Part shown: one piece after another, positions 48,801 to 59,453 of the stretch
How the letters are laid out: every line of letters begins with the position of its first letter
How positions within the stretch are numbered: the first letter of the stretch is position 1
DNA from: Chrysomallon squamiferum
Lineage: Eukaryota; Animalia; Mollusca
Assembly (NCBI GenBank): GCA_012295275.1
Contig: CM022672.1
Span: forward strand, 17,856,001-17,920,000
Direction: 5' to 3'
Length of the DNA: 64,000 nucleotides
Notes under the pieces: generated by a model
The model's database searches: none
What the model was told of the DNA's origin: nothing
What the model saw: the letters and a program-made list of their open reading frames with translations, nothing else
Position numbers and translations under genes: made by a program

Positions 48801-51800
48801 TAAATTACTTTTACAACAATAAAGAATAATAACAAATAAACAGAATTGTTTTTTAGACTGTCAATAAATCCATGTCTTATAGTTAGGTGTTTTTAATATT
48901 TAGTAACTACTGTTTTAAAATGTAAGATGTATCAATACATAGTTGTGATAGATTCTGCTAGGAAAATTTGTCTATGTATGGGTCAGTGGGAAGGAATGAG
49001 AGGGGGGAGATAGAGTTAGAGTTTGAGTGAGTTAGTTAGTTTATAATTTGTTAAACTGGTCTTACAGAAGGTGTACCATAGACAAAAATGAATTTTTGCA
49101 CCATTTCTATAACTAATTTTTGAATATATACCATTTCATGCTCATTACCGCAGAAGTAAACCCTACAATAGCTGCTGATTATTGCTAATTTATTGCCATC
49201 AAAAGTTTAAAACTAATATTTTACAAATTTTATTGGTTACACACCTGCAGTGGGGTGCAGTTTTATGACTTGATCCCCAGGATAGTGTCTGTTTACACTG
49301 TGGCACTGACTGAACTCAGCTATCAACTCTGCAGATCAGGACTGTACAGATATCTATCTGTCTGATAAATAATACATACAACAACACCCCAAACAGCTTT
49401 TTAAAAACGAATGAATGGGAGTACACTTTAATGTTTGAATTTACCCTACAGAAAGAAAGTTTTTTTTTTTTTTACAAATTTTATTATTATTATTTTTATT
49501 TTTTTTTTAAATTTGTATAAATGGTTTTGGTTTTAATATTTATTTGACCTGCAAGAGTTCAACAAAAAAAATACTTTTAAATTTTTTTTTTTTCTGTGTC
49601 GCTGCAACATGCTGGAACATCATAATTCTCATATCACACGCACACATATCTCACTGATATATTCAGACTTCACATTTTCTGATGTGTTACTGTGACACAC
49701 TTATGCTGTACCTTTCTTATATGTCACTGTGACATGAATTCATAGTACTTTGCGTGTCCCTGACATAGAAACATGGCCTTGGCATCTGTCATTTTGTAAC
49801 AGAAAATTGACAAGCGTCCATGTGATGCATATATAATATATATGTGAACTTTGCATCTGATGTATTATTGTGACAATTAGAAACTTCGTTGTTTACATGT
49901 GTCACTGACATACGGAAACTTCATAGTTCTCATGTCTTATTGTGACTTCGGAAACTTCATAATTCTTATGTGTTACTGACAAACAGAAACTTCATAGTTT
50001 TCATTGTCTCTGTGACATTCAGAAACTTCATAATTCTGATGTGTCACTGAGAAACAGAAACTTCATAATTCTCATCTGTGTCATTGTGACAAAGAAACTT
50101 CACAAGTCCGAGTTATTCTGTATCAACAATGAGTTGTGAATCACAGAAACTTCACGTTTTGTACTCTTATGTACAAGTTACTCATTGTCACCAATGTGAC
50201 AACACTTGCAAGGTCAGGCTAATGCTGGTAATATAGTCTTCTTCTTAAGTCTAAATTTTCAGATATCAAATTGGATTGTTACTTGAAGTGAATCAAACAA
50301 AACAAAGAAAGCCTTAAGCATGTATTGCAGATAATAAGCACGTTTTATTAAGCCAGACTTCATTGATAATGATGAAATCCTTCCACCCTGGATTTAAACT
50401 GTTTATATATGTAGTCTTCAGCATACTGAAATAAACTGACAGAACTGTGTGGATTTATGTTAGGTCATATTCGTGTTCAGAGTATGATAAATACCTTGAA
50501 TGAATGAATGAATGAATGAATATTTAGTTTTTAAAAAACAAAAAAAAACAGTAAGGGATTTTTTAAAAAAATGTATGCATCTAATGGATGAATGAATGAA
50601 TATTTAGTTTAATAAAAAAAAAAAAATAGTAAGGGATATTTTTTTTTTATTTGCATCTAATGGATAGGAATGGAAATAACACAGTCTTTTGATTAAACTA
50701 TGACACAGGTTGGAATTGGATAAACTGCAGTAAGCAGTGCAGGAAAGATTGATCATATTACTCAACAAACCTGAGGAAATCAGACAACAGCATAATTATT
50801 TTGACAGATAAAATATTGTAACTACAATACATAACAAACATAGTCTGAGTTGGTTGTTTTTGGTGCGTCCGTGAAGTGTCATATTAACATACTAAAAACA
50901 CTGCAAAGCCTTTGATTCAAGGATTTACGTGCCAAAAAAGCCAAACATGTATGTTTTAAGATTCTATTGACTTTGTAATCTAATAACTGATTAAATAGCC
51001 TGGTCTCGTTTATCTGTGTTTTTTTTTTTTGTTTTTTTAAATACTTGCATGGTTTTAAGAATAGTTTATCCTTTTTATTTCTTTCATTTTTTTTTTTTTT
51101 TTTTTTCAGTCAATGTTTCCTTATTGATTTATCTGAATTCTTTTTCTGTGACTTTCTATCTGTAACAGGTTCTTGCTGTTAGTTGTTATTGGTTTTTCAC
51201 AGTATTGTGAGAAGTAGCTCTGAAATTTAACCAGCAATAATAAAACTTTCAACAGGAATTAAATTAACTCTTTGTGTTATACATAGTAAAATAAATTTAA
51301 ACCAAATTAAAGTTTGATAGTTTATGTTCTTCAGTGCATGTCAACTAAAAAAAGACTGGAGATGAAGTAATGGTTGTAGATTTATGGAAATTTAGATGTC
51401 ATTGTGTTTTAAATTTTTAAAAAATTTTTTTTTTTTTTTGTGGGCATCGATTTTCTTTTCTTTTTTTTCTTTTTTCTTTTTTTTCTTTTTTTCGTTTCTG
51501 TTTTATTGGGAATAAATGTTTTCACAATAAATGAAATCTTAAACTAGTATCAGAATTATTTATAATAAACTTTTACTTCTATTTCCTATTTATTATTATT
51601 TTACAATTTTTTTTTTTAATTTAATTTTTTTTTGTTGCTATAGTTGTTGGTAGTTTTGGGTGGGGTTTTTTCTGCTAGAACCTAAACATAGCTTAGTGTT
51701 TAGAAGACACGACAAAACATGACAGTGTGCAGAATCTATCCTTCTAAGTGTTTATTTTGGGCTATTTTCATTCCACATTGTGTTCCCTCACTTAGAGGAA

Positions 51801-54800
51801 TGCTCTATATACTTTCTTGGCTTTGTGGTTTTGGAAACTGATATATAAAAATGTGCTTTGCTGACATATTAAATTAGATTAAGGGAAAAGTTTAAAAAAA
51901 ATAAAAAAATAAAAAATAAATAAATAAGTAAAATAAAATATGCTTGACAATAATGTAATGTGAAAAAAGAAATAAAATGCCATTAAACCCAGTTTTTTCA
52001 TTTTTTTTTTTTTTTTTTCCATAGCTCTTTAACCTGTACACAGCCTCTCAGTTTCTTAATTAATGTATCATATTCTGTTTATTAGTTCATAAGTTCATCC
52101 ATCCATCTTAAATTTCTTTAACCATATATGGAGAATAGTTTCTCTAGTTTTCTTCTAAAACCAATAAAACATTTTACACTGATTTTAAATGCATTGCATT
52201 TGCAAATTTCATTGACTGTTTATGTATTAGCTATTTTCTTTACTTTATTTTTTAAAGAAAGGAACAAGAAAAAAGTAAAATGCATGTAAGCATTTTCTTC
52301 TGCCATAATTAAACTTATCAGAATTCAAATTGACAGGGTTTCAAGTGTCAGCTTTTTTCATGTTCTATGATATTGTATTTCACTAAATAATACATGAAAA
52401 CAGAACAGAAGTAACTTTGCTGGTTTTTGTTGTTTTTTATTCTTCTCTGTCAAAAATTACAACAGAGATCTGTGTGATTTAGTCTGGAACATAATGACCT
52501 GCTAAGTAAGTGTCAGGTCAGGTCAGGTCAGGTCAAACTGGCAGTATGCACTGAAATTTAGAACAGTTATTGTTAATACATAATTATTATGGAAACATAT
52601 CCAAACAAACAGTTTTGGATATTCCTGTTAGGACTGCTTTTTTCTTTCTTTCTTTTACAAGGTTTGGATATCAGTGAAAGAAAATTATTTTATATCTTTG
52701 CACATTACGAAAATAATAAATGTTTACAATTTGCACATGATGAAAATAATAATTCGTAGGTTTGCATTTCAGGGCAGGAATATTGATTCTTCTTCCCAGT
52801 TTAATAAATGGTGTTTGCTTAAACAACATCTGACTGTGTTTGACACACAGGTATCTGTAAACCTACAACACTGACTTTTACACATGACCTTGAACTCTGC
52901 TTTCAAAAAGTGCAAACCATTTGTTAAACAGGAAAAAACCTGCAGTTTTAAAACAGTTTTAAATTTCAGTCAACAAGCAACTAAAAGAAAAAAATAATCT
53001 TTTTTTTTTCTTTTTTAAATCTACACAATGGATCCAGTGTCTTCTTCAAGTATTGTTCTGTGGTTGTATGTGTGTGCACACTTCACAATGTCATTTGTCT
53101 TTCAGTCCTCAGTGACAGCGATACCTGTTCTCAACTGAATTGTTTTTAAAGTGCAAGAAACAGCATGTTTGTTGCAAAACCAAACATTTCACACGATTAT
53201 CTGACCTAAGTTAATTTTAAGAATCAGATTGTTTAGTGGAGCAGGGCTTTAGTTTAGATGATACCCTGTTTTGTTGAGACATGATGGTCACCAAAATCCA
53301 TTCCCCATTCTTCAAGCCAGAGTCTCAAATTTATTTAATTATGAACCTCCACGGAGCTTAATTTGTGCATGTTGAACGTTTTGTTGAAGTTTTGTATTAG
53401 AATAAACCCTCTAAACTTGAATTTCTGTTTCCCAAAAGATTTGAAATGGGAATATATTTTGTCTTTCTCAGTTTGCTCTGCCAACAAAGTTTGTAAATTC
53501 TTCAAATAGTCAACCCATGTCATAATCCTTCATATGTATACTTATTTTTGGAGTCTGTTAAGATGGAATAAAATCTTACAGATAGACTTAATAATGCCCA
53601 GTTAATAATGAACATTATTAAATATATGTTTTCTTGAAAGCCTGTTGCAAACTCTACAGACACTGACTGTCAGCTGAATTCTTGCAAGTTTGTGGTTCTG
53701 AAGTTTTATATGGCTTCATTCTGAGATAATTTGGATACGGTTGAGGTGACTTCTGATGTCTTACTCTCTCCTGAAATAGATTTAATGTTGCTGAATCATG
53801 AGATGTTAATCATTGAGGCCAATGGTAATCTAACAGATCGGCGAGAGATGTTTTAAAATCAGTGATGGTTGTAGTTGGTACACAACTCTTTGCATAGAAC
53901 AGGAAATTAAACTGAGTTTTTGTGACTACTCTAGATATATCTTAATTCCATAATAACTTACTCTGTTTAACAAACATTAATTTTGAAAAAAAAAAAAAAA
54001 AAAAAAAAATATGTGTAATTGATGGAAGATATGAATTTATTTTCATTTTTATAAATGGAAAATATAAAGAGTAATTTGTATTGTTTTTGGATTTTTTAAT
54101 TTGTTTATTTGTTTTTATTTTTATTTTTGTTCCACAGCTGACAATTAATGTTTTACAAAGCATCTTTTTATTTCTATAACAGCAACAGAACTGTTTATAA
54201 AGTTTCAGCATGTAGTTATCAGAAACACACATCATTTAATAATTTCCTTAGATACATGGAATGCCCACTATGAAGACATTGCCAGTGAATATTATTTACC
54301 AGTTTGTTGATATTTGATAGCCACATTTTCTTTGAGCTGAGATGTTGATAAACAGATTAATTCATTATTCAGATATGATTTATTTCCACACATAAATAAT
54401 TTAAAAAACTGTATCATAAAACTTTGTTAAATAAAAATATAAGTAAATAGTTGGACAGTAGCAAATGACCATCATCAACAATAATTACTGGTGAATCCAG
54501 TGACCCATTACTGGTGAATCCAGTGACCCAGTAGACTTAAGATGACCACTCAAATACCAAACTACTTTCAGCACATTGAACAAACACAAGCATCACACAA
54601 CAGATAGAAGTTACCTACAGGGAAGATTTTCTGCAGTGATTTCCATATACTTAAACAATATGTAAATAGACCATGACATTTGATAAATCATGTGGAACAG
54701 TGGGTTTTAGTTTGAAATGACCCATTTTGTCCACTACAAGCTGGTTTAACATGGTTGACCACTCTTTCACTGAGCTGTGTCCAGTTGATAGAATAAACAC

Positions 54801-56778
54801 ATTGTTTTAAAGGATCATTAAACAATTTCATGTTTCCTCTTGACATTTATCTGTTACACTGTTTGATAGCATCTTGTCAGCATAAAACATTTCCATTTGT
54901 TTTTATTATCAATTAGAGAAGTGATTCATGGGTACAGTTTGAACAACTTGTTAAGATAACTTTTTGTTTTTGTTTGTTTATATGTAAGGAAATACATAAA
55001 TGTTGGCTGCATTGGTTATTTACTTGTTAATACAGAAAATGATACGCATGGACTCTGTTATATTAAACTGATAAACAAGAAATCGAACTGATTTTTTAAC
55101 GTTCAAACATTTCATTTTTTTCCCATCATTCATATTACATGAAAACTGAAACAAAACATTTAAAATCTTCTTTTTTTTTTGATTGCCTGTATTTGCCATT
55201 CTCAGATATATGAACTTTATTATTATCAGTTGATCATTTTTTTTTTTTTTTTTTTTTATTATTAATAATAATAATAACAATAAAAAGTATTTAATAAATA
55301 AAAATACTGTTCCATAATACATACATGTTATATTTTCTTTTCTTTTTCAAAAAAAATAAAAATTTCGAACACTTTTTCATTTTCTGGGTCAAGACAAACA
55401 TGTATTTTTCTCTTCCACCCATCTAATTACCTGCAGTTGTAATGTTAACTTATTTTTTCCGTTTTTCTTCGTTTTTTCTTCACCTCCCCAAGACAAACAT
55501 GTAACTTGTTTCCATGTCAATCAGGCCACTGCAGACAACATTTATTCAGAAATCTCGGATGACAAGTTTGTTGACTGAGTCTGTGCAAAGTTAGTTTGTA
55601 GTGTGTGGATGTGAAAGGTTGCCATATTGCCCAGCACTGAGCAGTTACACACCTTGAAGTTGTTTGTTCTGTGTCTGCATGAAATGTGAAAACAAGACAA
55701 ACCAAAATAAATGTTGAAATTTTGTCTGGTGTGTTATTTTACACGCAAAATTTTCCTACAACTGTTTTATTATTGTTATTGATCTTCTTCTTCTTCTTCT
55801 TATATGTATTTTATTTTATTTTTATTGTTAATGCTTTGTTTTGCTTTGATTCATTATTTTATTTTTTGAAACTGTGTGCAGAAGTTACATAAATTATCCT
55901 GTTGTATTTTATTATATTTCATTTTGTCGATTTTGATTAATTTATTTATTTATTTATTTTAAACAGAATATAGCATGGTATTTATCATTTATTTTGTTGC
56001 ACTACCATCAAGGTTTATTTTTGTAAAATTATTTTTATTTATTTATTATTATTCTTAGTACTGGTATATTGTATCTGTGGGTATATTGCATGTGTTAAAA
56101 AAATATTCAAAATCAGAAAGTGATTTTGAAAAAATTGGAACTTCTGTTTAACATTACATAAATTATTCTATTATAACAATAAAATGAACAGCACCTGTAG
56201 GAAACAAAAACATGTGATACAAGCTCACTTAACAGAGGTCATTAAGACCCTGAGGTTTTATTTTTATTTTATTGTTTCTGGTAATATCAGTTTTGATGCA
56301 TATATTTCTTACTTGCATATCTAATTTTAATCCTGATTTTTCTTTTTTCTTTATTGTTAATTATGAGTATTCCTTTCACATCTATTATCTTTTTAAAAAT
56401 CTTTAAATTTATTTATATTTTTCATCTTTTTATATATTATATATAACTGCTTTTTAATAATTTTTTGTAAAGGAATATATGGATGATTAGTACGAGGGAG
56501 TATATAAAATGATTTTAATATAAAGTCAAATATTTCTTGTAATTTTTAATTATCATTTTCTTCTTTTTAATTTTTAACATTTTTTATCTCTCAGTATTTA
56601 AACATAACTCTCTGAAATATCTTGAAAATTGTTGTTGTTGATGTCATTATTTATTCATTTTTTTTCTTTTTGTATTTTCAGTGAGGAGATTGTGGATCTT
56701 CAGAAAAACGACCAACACATCATGAGATACAAACCACTGTCACAGCTCATTGCCAGTGGAACTGTCTCTCTCATCTGA
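36399..56778 (+). CDS. GINS4: DNA replication complex GINS subunit 4 (SLD5); 7 coding exons, 220 aa
   Basis: Spliced exons total 663 nt in frame. Motifs AWLNEKFAPELL, MELDRIRYILSSYLRIRLNKIE, LLSPEE..FAKE, LRHMP, PNLNSYVFIRV, QHIMRYKPL...GTVSLI are diagnostic of SLD5. Confidence 0.96.
36955..37101 (+). CDS. GINS4: GINS4 coding exon 2
   Basis: AWLNEKFAPELLEAKTDLVECMFGQITAMEENIKLAKKGDFKISVHRME. Confidence 0.95.
37281..37334 (+). CDS. GINS4: GINS4 coding exon 3
   Basis: LDRIRYILSSYLRIRLNK. Confidence 0.95.
37563..37660 (+). CDS. GINS4: GINS4 coding exon 4
   Basis: IENYTSHILEREAERSDEENPLLSPEEFIFAK(E). Confidence 0.95.
38624..38712 (+). CDS. GINS4: GINS4 coding exon 5
   Basis: FNDSIESHFNNLALRHMPSNLQTLTKAQK. 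Confidence 0.95.
40484..40574 (+). CDS. GINS4: GINS4 coding exon 6
   Basis: (V)MRPNLNSYVFIRVNEDAEGVLVEEETMDT(G). Confidence 0.95.
42114..42350. repeat. 122-bp tandem duplication
   Basis: CTATAGACAGAATCACAGATGATTCTG...CACCCACAGTTTTT at 42114 and 42236 with few mismatches. Confidence 0.9.
47443..47523. repeat. ~29-bp tandem x3, each carrying GGTCA-N7-TGACC
   Basis: TCAC(C/T)TGGTCATCTC(G/A)TTTGACCT units. Confidence 0.85.
49614..50156. repeat. Degenerate ~35-bp minisatellite (~14 units)
   Basis: Consensus GAAACTTCATAATTCTCATGTGTCACTGTGACA(n); clearest units at 49880, 49915, 49951, 49986, 50022, 50057, 50094. Confidence 0.85.
50509..50664. repeat. ~78-bp imperfect tandem duplication
   Basis: TGAATGAATGAATATTTAGTTT...AGTAAGGGAT...TGCATCTAATGGA twice. 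Confidence 0.75.
54484..54529. repeat. 23-bp perfect tandem duplication
   Basis: ATTACTGGTGAATCCAGTGACCC x2. Confidence 0.9.
56682..56778 (+). CDS. GINS4: GINS4 coding exon 7 (terminal)
   Basis: EEIVDLQKNDQHIMRYKPLSQLIASGTVSLI-stop; strong polypyrimidine acceptor; phase matches exon 6. Confidence 0.93.
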
Positions 56779-56789
56779 TTGTAAAACAC

Positions 56790-57100
56790 AGTGCTGTTCA
56801 AATTTTACCACTGTAGTTTTGTCTAAACTAGTGCTCCATATTAAAATTTTACCACTGAGGTTACATTTAAGAGAATCTAGATTTAAACTTTACATCTGTC
56901 GGCATATATGACTGTGCTGTGTATTCAGATTTTAACTGTAAGATGTGCCTTGGGCAGTGTTCTGTATTCAATCTTACTGCTGTAAGTTATGTCAAGAACA
57001 GTGTTCTGCTTTTAAATTTTAACACCTGTAAGATGTCTGCAGGAGTGTTCAACATTCAAATTCTACTACTGTAAGTTGATTCTAAGAAAATGCTCCACAT
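56790..57100. repeat. Degenerate ~42-bp minisatellite in the GINS4 3' UTR
   Basis: AGTG(C/T)T...TTCAAATTTTA...CTGTAAG units, about 7 copies starting just after the stop codon. Confidence 0.75.
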
Positions 57101-57877
57101 CCCAAGACAATATATTATGTTGACATAACTGTGACAGTAGTGACCAAGAAACAGTCCACTCTATTTACAAGTCTGATGGCAACAACACAGCAATCTCAGC
57201 CTCCTGTGTCTTTGTGAAGTACATGTCGGTTGATAGCTTACTGGCAGATTAAAAGCCAGTCATTCACGAGAAGATGGATCAGAAGACTATCTGTGTCACC
57301 TCTAAAGGAATTCCTTCTTGTTTTCACCAACGTCAGGCTACTGGTGACAGTGAGCTATATGTATGTATGAATGAGGATGGTGACTCATTTTTGAAAATTG
57401 TACATTCTAATTTGGATATCATTTTATCAAAAATGGCCAAGTGTGCTAGTTTTAGTTATGTTGATTAAGCACACACACACACACTCATTCACTCAAACAC
57501 CACACAACCTAGAATTGTGAATAATTTTTTTTAATCTTTTTGTCACATTGATTTAAGTATAGAGCAAATTTTATAATGGTAGTTGCATATAGGTATATAT
57601 TTTCTGTTAAATTTTGAGAAGGAAAAGCCATATTAATCAATACTACATATTTTGTTTATTTGTAACACTATAGCAACAAATAGTTTTATTTTCATGTTAA
57701 ATACTGTGGTAGTTATACTGATTTTCTTTACGAAGGTCTTTAATGTGCCTTTCAGCAAGAAACACAGAAAGATGTACAGAAAACATGTTTATTCAAATAA
57801 CACATTTATAAAAAATATACAGCTTGTAAATCAAATTCTTCTTAAAAAGTGTTAATTTTGTACACATATCTAAGTGC

Positions 57878-57883
57878 AATAAA
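57878..57883 (+). terminator. Probable GINS4 polyadenylation signal
   Basis: AATAAA followed ~30 nt later by a T/GT-rich tract (57911 onward). Confidence 0.5.
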
Positions 57884-58062
57884 AAGGAAATTGTAAATTT
57901 CATTACTGAATTTTTTGTGTTTTTACTTTTTTAATTTCTTACACTTTTCTTTTTCTTTTTTTTTTTTTTTTTTTATGTAATTCAATATTTAATAATTATT
58001 TTTTACTTCTTTCAAGATTTCAAAATTATAATAAATTATTTGTTTTTGTAGTACTTTCTCAT

Positions 58063-59178
58063 TCATTTTCCTTCTGAACTGGATGGATGTTTCCGTTTTG
58101 GTTTCTCTTCATTTTTCTTCACCCAGTTTTCTCGTACCACTACTATTTCCGACTTGATTACCTGCAAATCTGTTACTTTTTTCACCTTTCTAGTAATGTT
58201 CTTTTCTTCTTTCAAACCTTCATTATTCGTACTCTGACCTTGACCCCTCTCTTTTCTCACTTCTTCACAGCCTGAGTCATCTGCTTTGGGCAGTGCTTTA
58301 TCTTGCAAATTGTCTTCATTTATTCCATAATACTTCTGTTTTGCTTTGATCTTTTCTGGATCTTTGGAACAATATTTGCCTGTGACATTTGTGGCTTTTA
58401 AATCATTTGAGATATTATGGTTGCTTTCTTGTTCCTTCTTTTCCGTTATTCCATTTTTTACTGACCCATTCTTGCTATTTGTTTCATTCTGTTTTAGTTT
58501 TGCTGTTACACCATTTCTCAAAATTTTCATCAATGGCTTATCTTGTTCTTCAATAGCCTCTTTTGTGTTAATTTTTGTGCCTTTTCTCAAGATGGTACCC
58601 ATTATTTTGTTGACTTCATCGGCTCTACAAGTTACAGTTTTGTTTTGGATTTTGTTTCTACCATTATCTTTAAATTTCGTGTAGTAGTTTCCACCTTTCT
58701 TATCCGAACCCTGGTTTCTCAGCTTACCCTTTCCCTCTTCTTCTGCTTTTCTTTCATTCATGAACCTTTGTTCACTTTTCACGTTTACCTCTACTTTTTC
58801 TTGGGCTTTCTCTTTCTTACTTTTGTGTGTTTTGTTCACATAATTCTCCGTGGTGTTTTCGAAGTATTCGCCATCTTTGCATTTGATTTCCATTTTGTAG
58901 TACCCCCACAGATTGGCCTTCTTTTTGTTTTTGGTTCCTCCTTTGGATTTCTGCTCATCAAAACTGCAGAAGAAGTGGCACTTTCCGGTATCCGTGGACT
59001 CTTTGAACCTGCAGTAGCCCTTGGCTAGCCCGCAGAGCTGGCAGTACGTTGACAGTTTCGAATCATCGCAGTTCATGAACTGGTGGATATCTGGCTTCTT
59101 GGATTCTTGGCGGACTGAAGTCAACACCACCACCGCCGATATCGCCAGAAGAAGACAAAAGCTTAGCAAGCACCTCAT
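58063..59178 (-). CDS. Uncharacterised secreted protein, 371 aa (signal peptide, 6-Cys module, Lys/Glu/Asn-rich tail)
   Basis: A 1116-nt ORF is very unlikely by chance in this AT-rich context; N-terminus MRCLLSFCLLLAISAVVVLTS is signal-peptide-like; splice acceptor TTTTTACCAG lies 2 nt before the ATG. Confidence 0.85.
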   Translation of the reverse strand: MRCLLSFCLLLAISAVVVLTSVRQESKKPDIHQFMNCDDSKLSTYCQLCGLAKGYCRFKESTDTGKCHFFCSFDEQKSKGGTKNKKKANLWGYYKMEIKCKDGEYFENTTENYVNKTHKSKKEKAQEKVEVNVKSEQRFMNERKAEEEGKGKLRNQGSDKKGGNYYTKFKDNGRNKIQNKTVTCRADEVNKIMGTILRKGTKINTKEAIEEQDKPLMKILRNGVTAKLKQNETNSKNGSVKNGITEKKEQESNHNISNDLKATNVTGKYCSKDPEKIKAKQKYYGINEDNLQDKALPKADDSGCEEVRKERGQGQSTNNEGLKEEKNITRKVKKVTDLQVIKSEIVVVRENWVKKNEEKPKRKHPSSSEGK

Positions 59179-59324
59179 AGCTGGTAAAAAATAAATTAAA
59201 AAAAAAAAAAAAAAAAAAACGTATAAAAGCTAATTATGTGCTGGGCTTCACGTAGGCTGTTATTACTATTACTAACACGATTGATTTGTAAAGAATAAAA
59301 AAAATAATATATATATATATATAT

Positions 59325-59359
<35 letters not shown>

Positions 59360-59404
59360 TTAAAATTTCTGTTTGTACTTTCCCGTTTTGTCAATTACTA
59401 TAAC

Positions 59405-59453
59405 CTTTCAAACGTCTCTGTCTGGAATGAAAATGGCTCAGCGAGTATATATA
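59405..59453 (-). promoter_or_regulatory. Candidate TATA/Inr core promoter and short non-coding exon 1 of the orphan secreted-protein gene
   Basis: Minus strand: TATATATA (59453-59446), Inr-like TCATTC (A at 59428), donor AAG|GT at 59405/59404, giving a 224-nt intron to the acceptor at 59181. Confidence 0.4.

Noticed and set aside
49614-50156. CRISPR-like array
   Set aside because: Eukaryotic intron, the would-be spacers are mutually homologous and no cas genes are present; it is a minisatellite.
50369-50439. Box C/D snoRNA candidate (ATGATGA...CTGA)
   Set aside because: No terminal stem and no rRNA-complementary guide that I can recognise.
58087-59028. Plus-strand hydrophobic ORFs (62, 112, 161 aa)
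   Set aside because: Antisense shadows of the Lys/Glu-rich minus-strand CDS.
59035-59075. Resemblance of NCDDSKLSTYCQ to the start of Aplysia attractin (NCDIGNITSQCQ, from memory)
   Set aside because: Only the first C-x8-C matches; later Cys spacing differs and the IEECKTS motif is absent, so no assignment was made.
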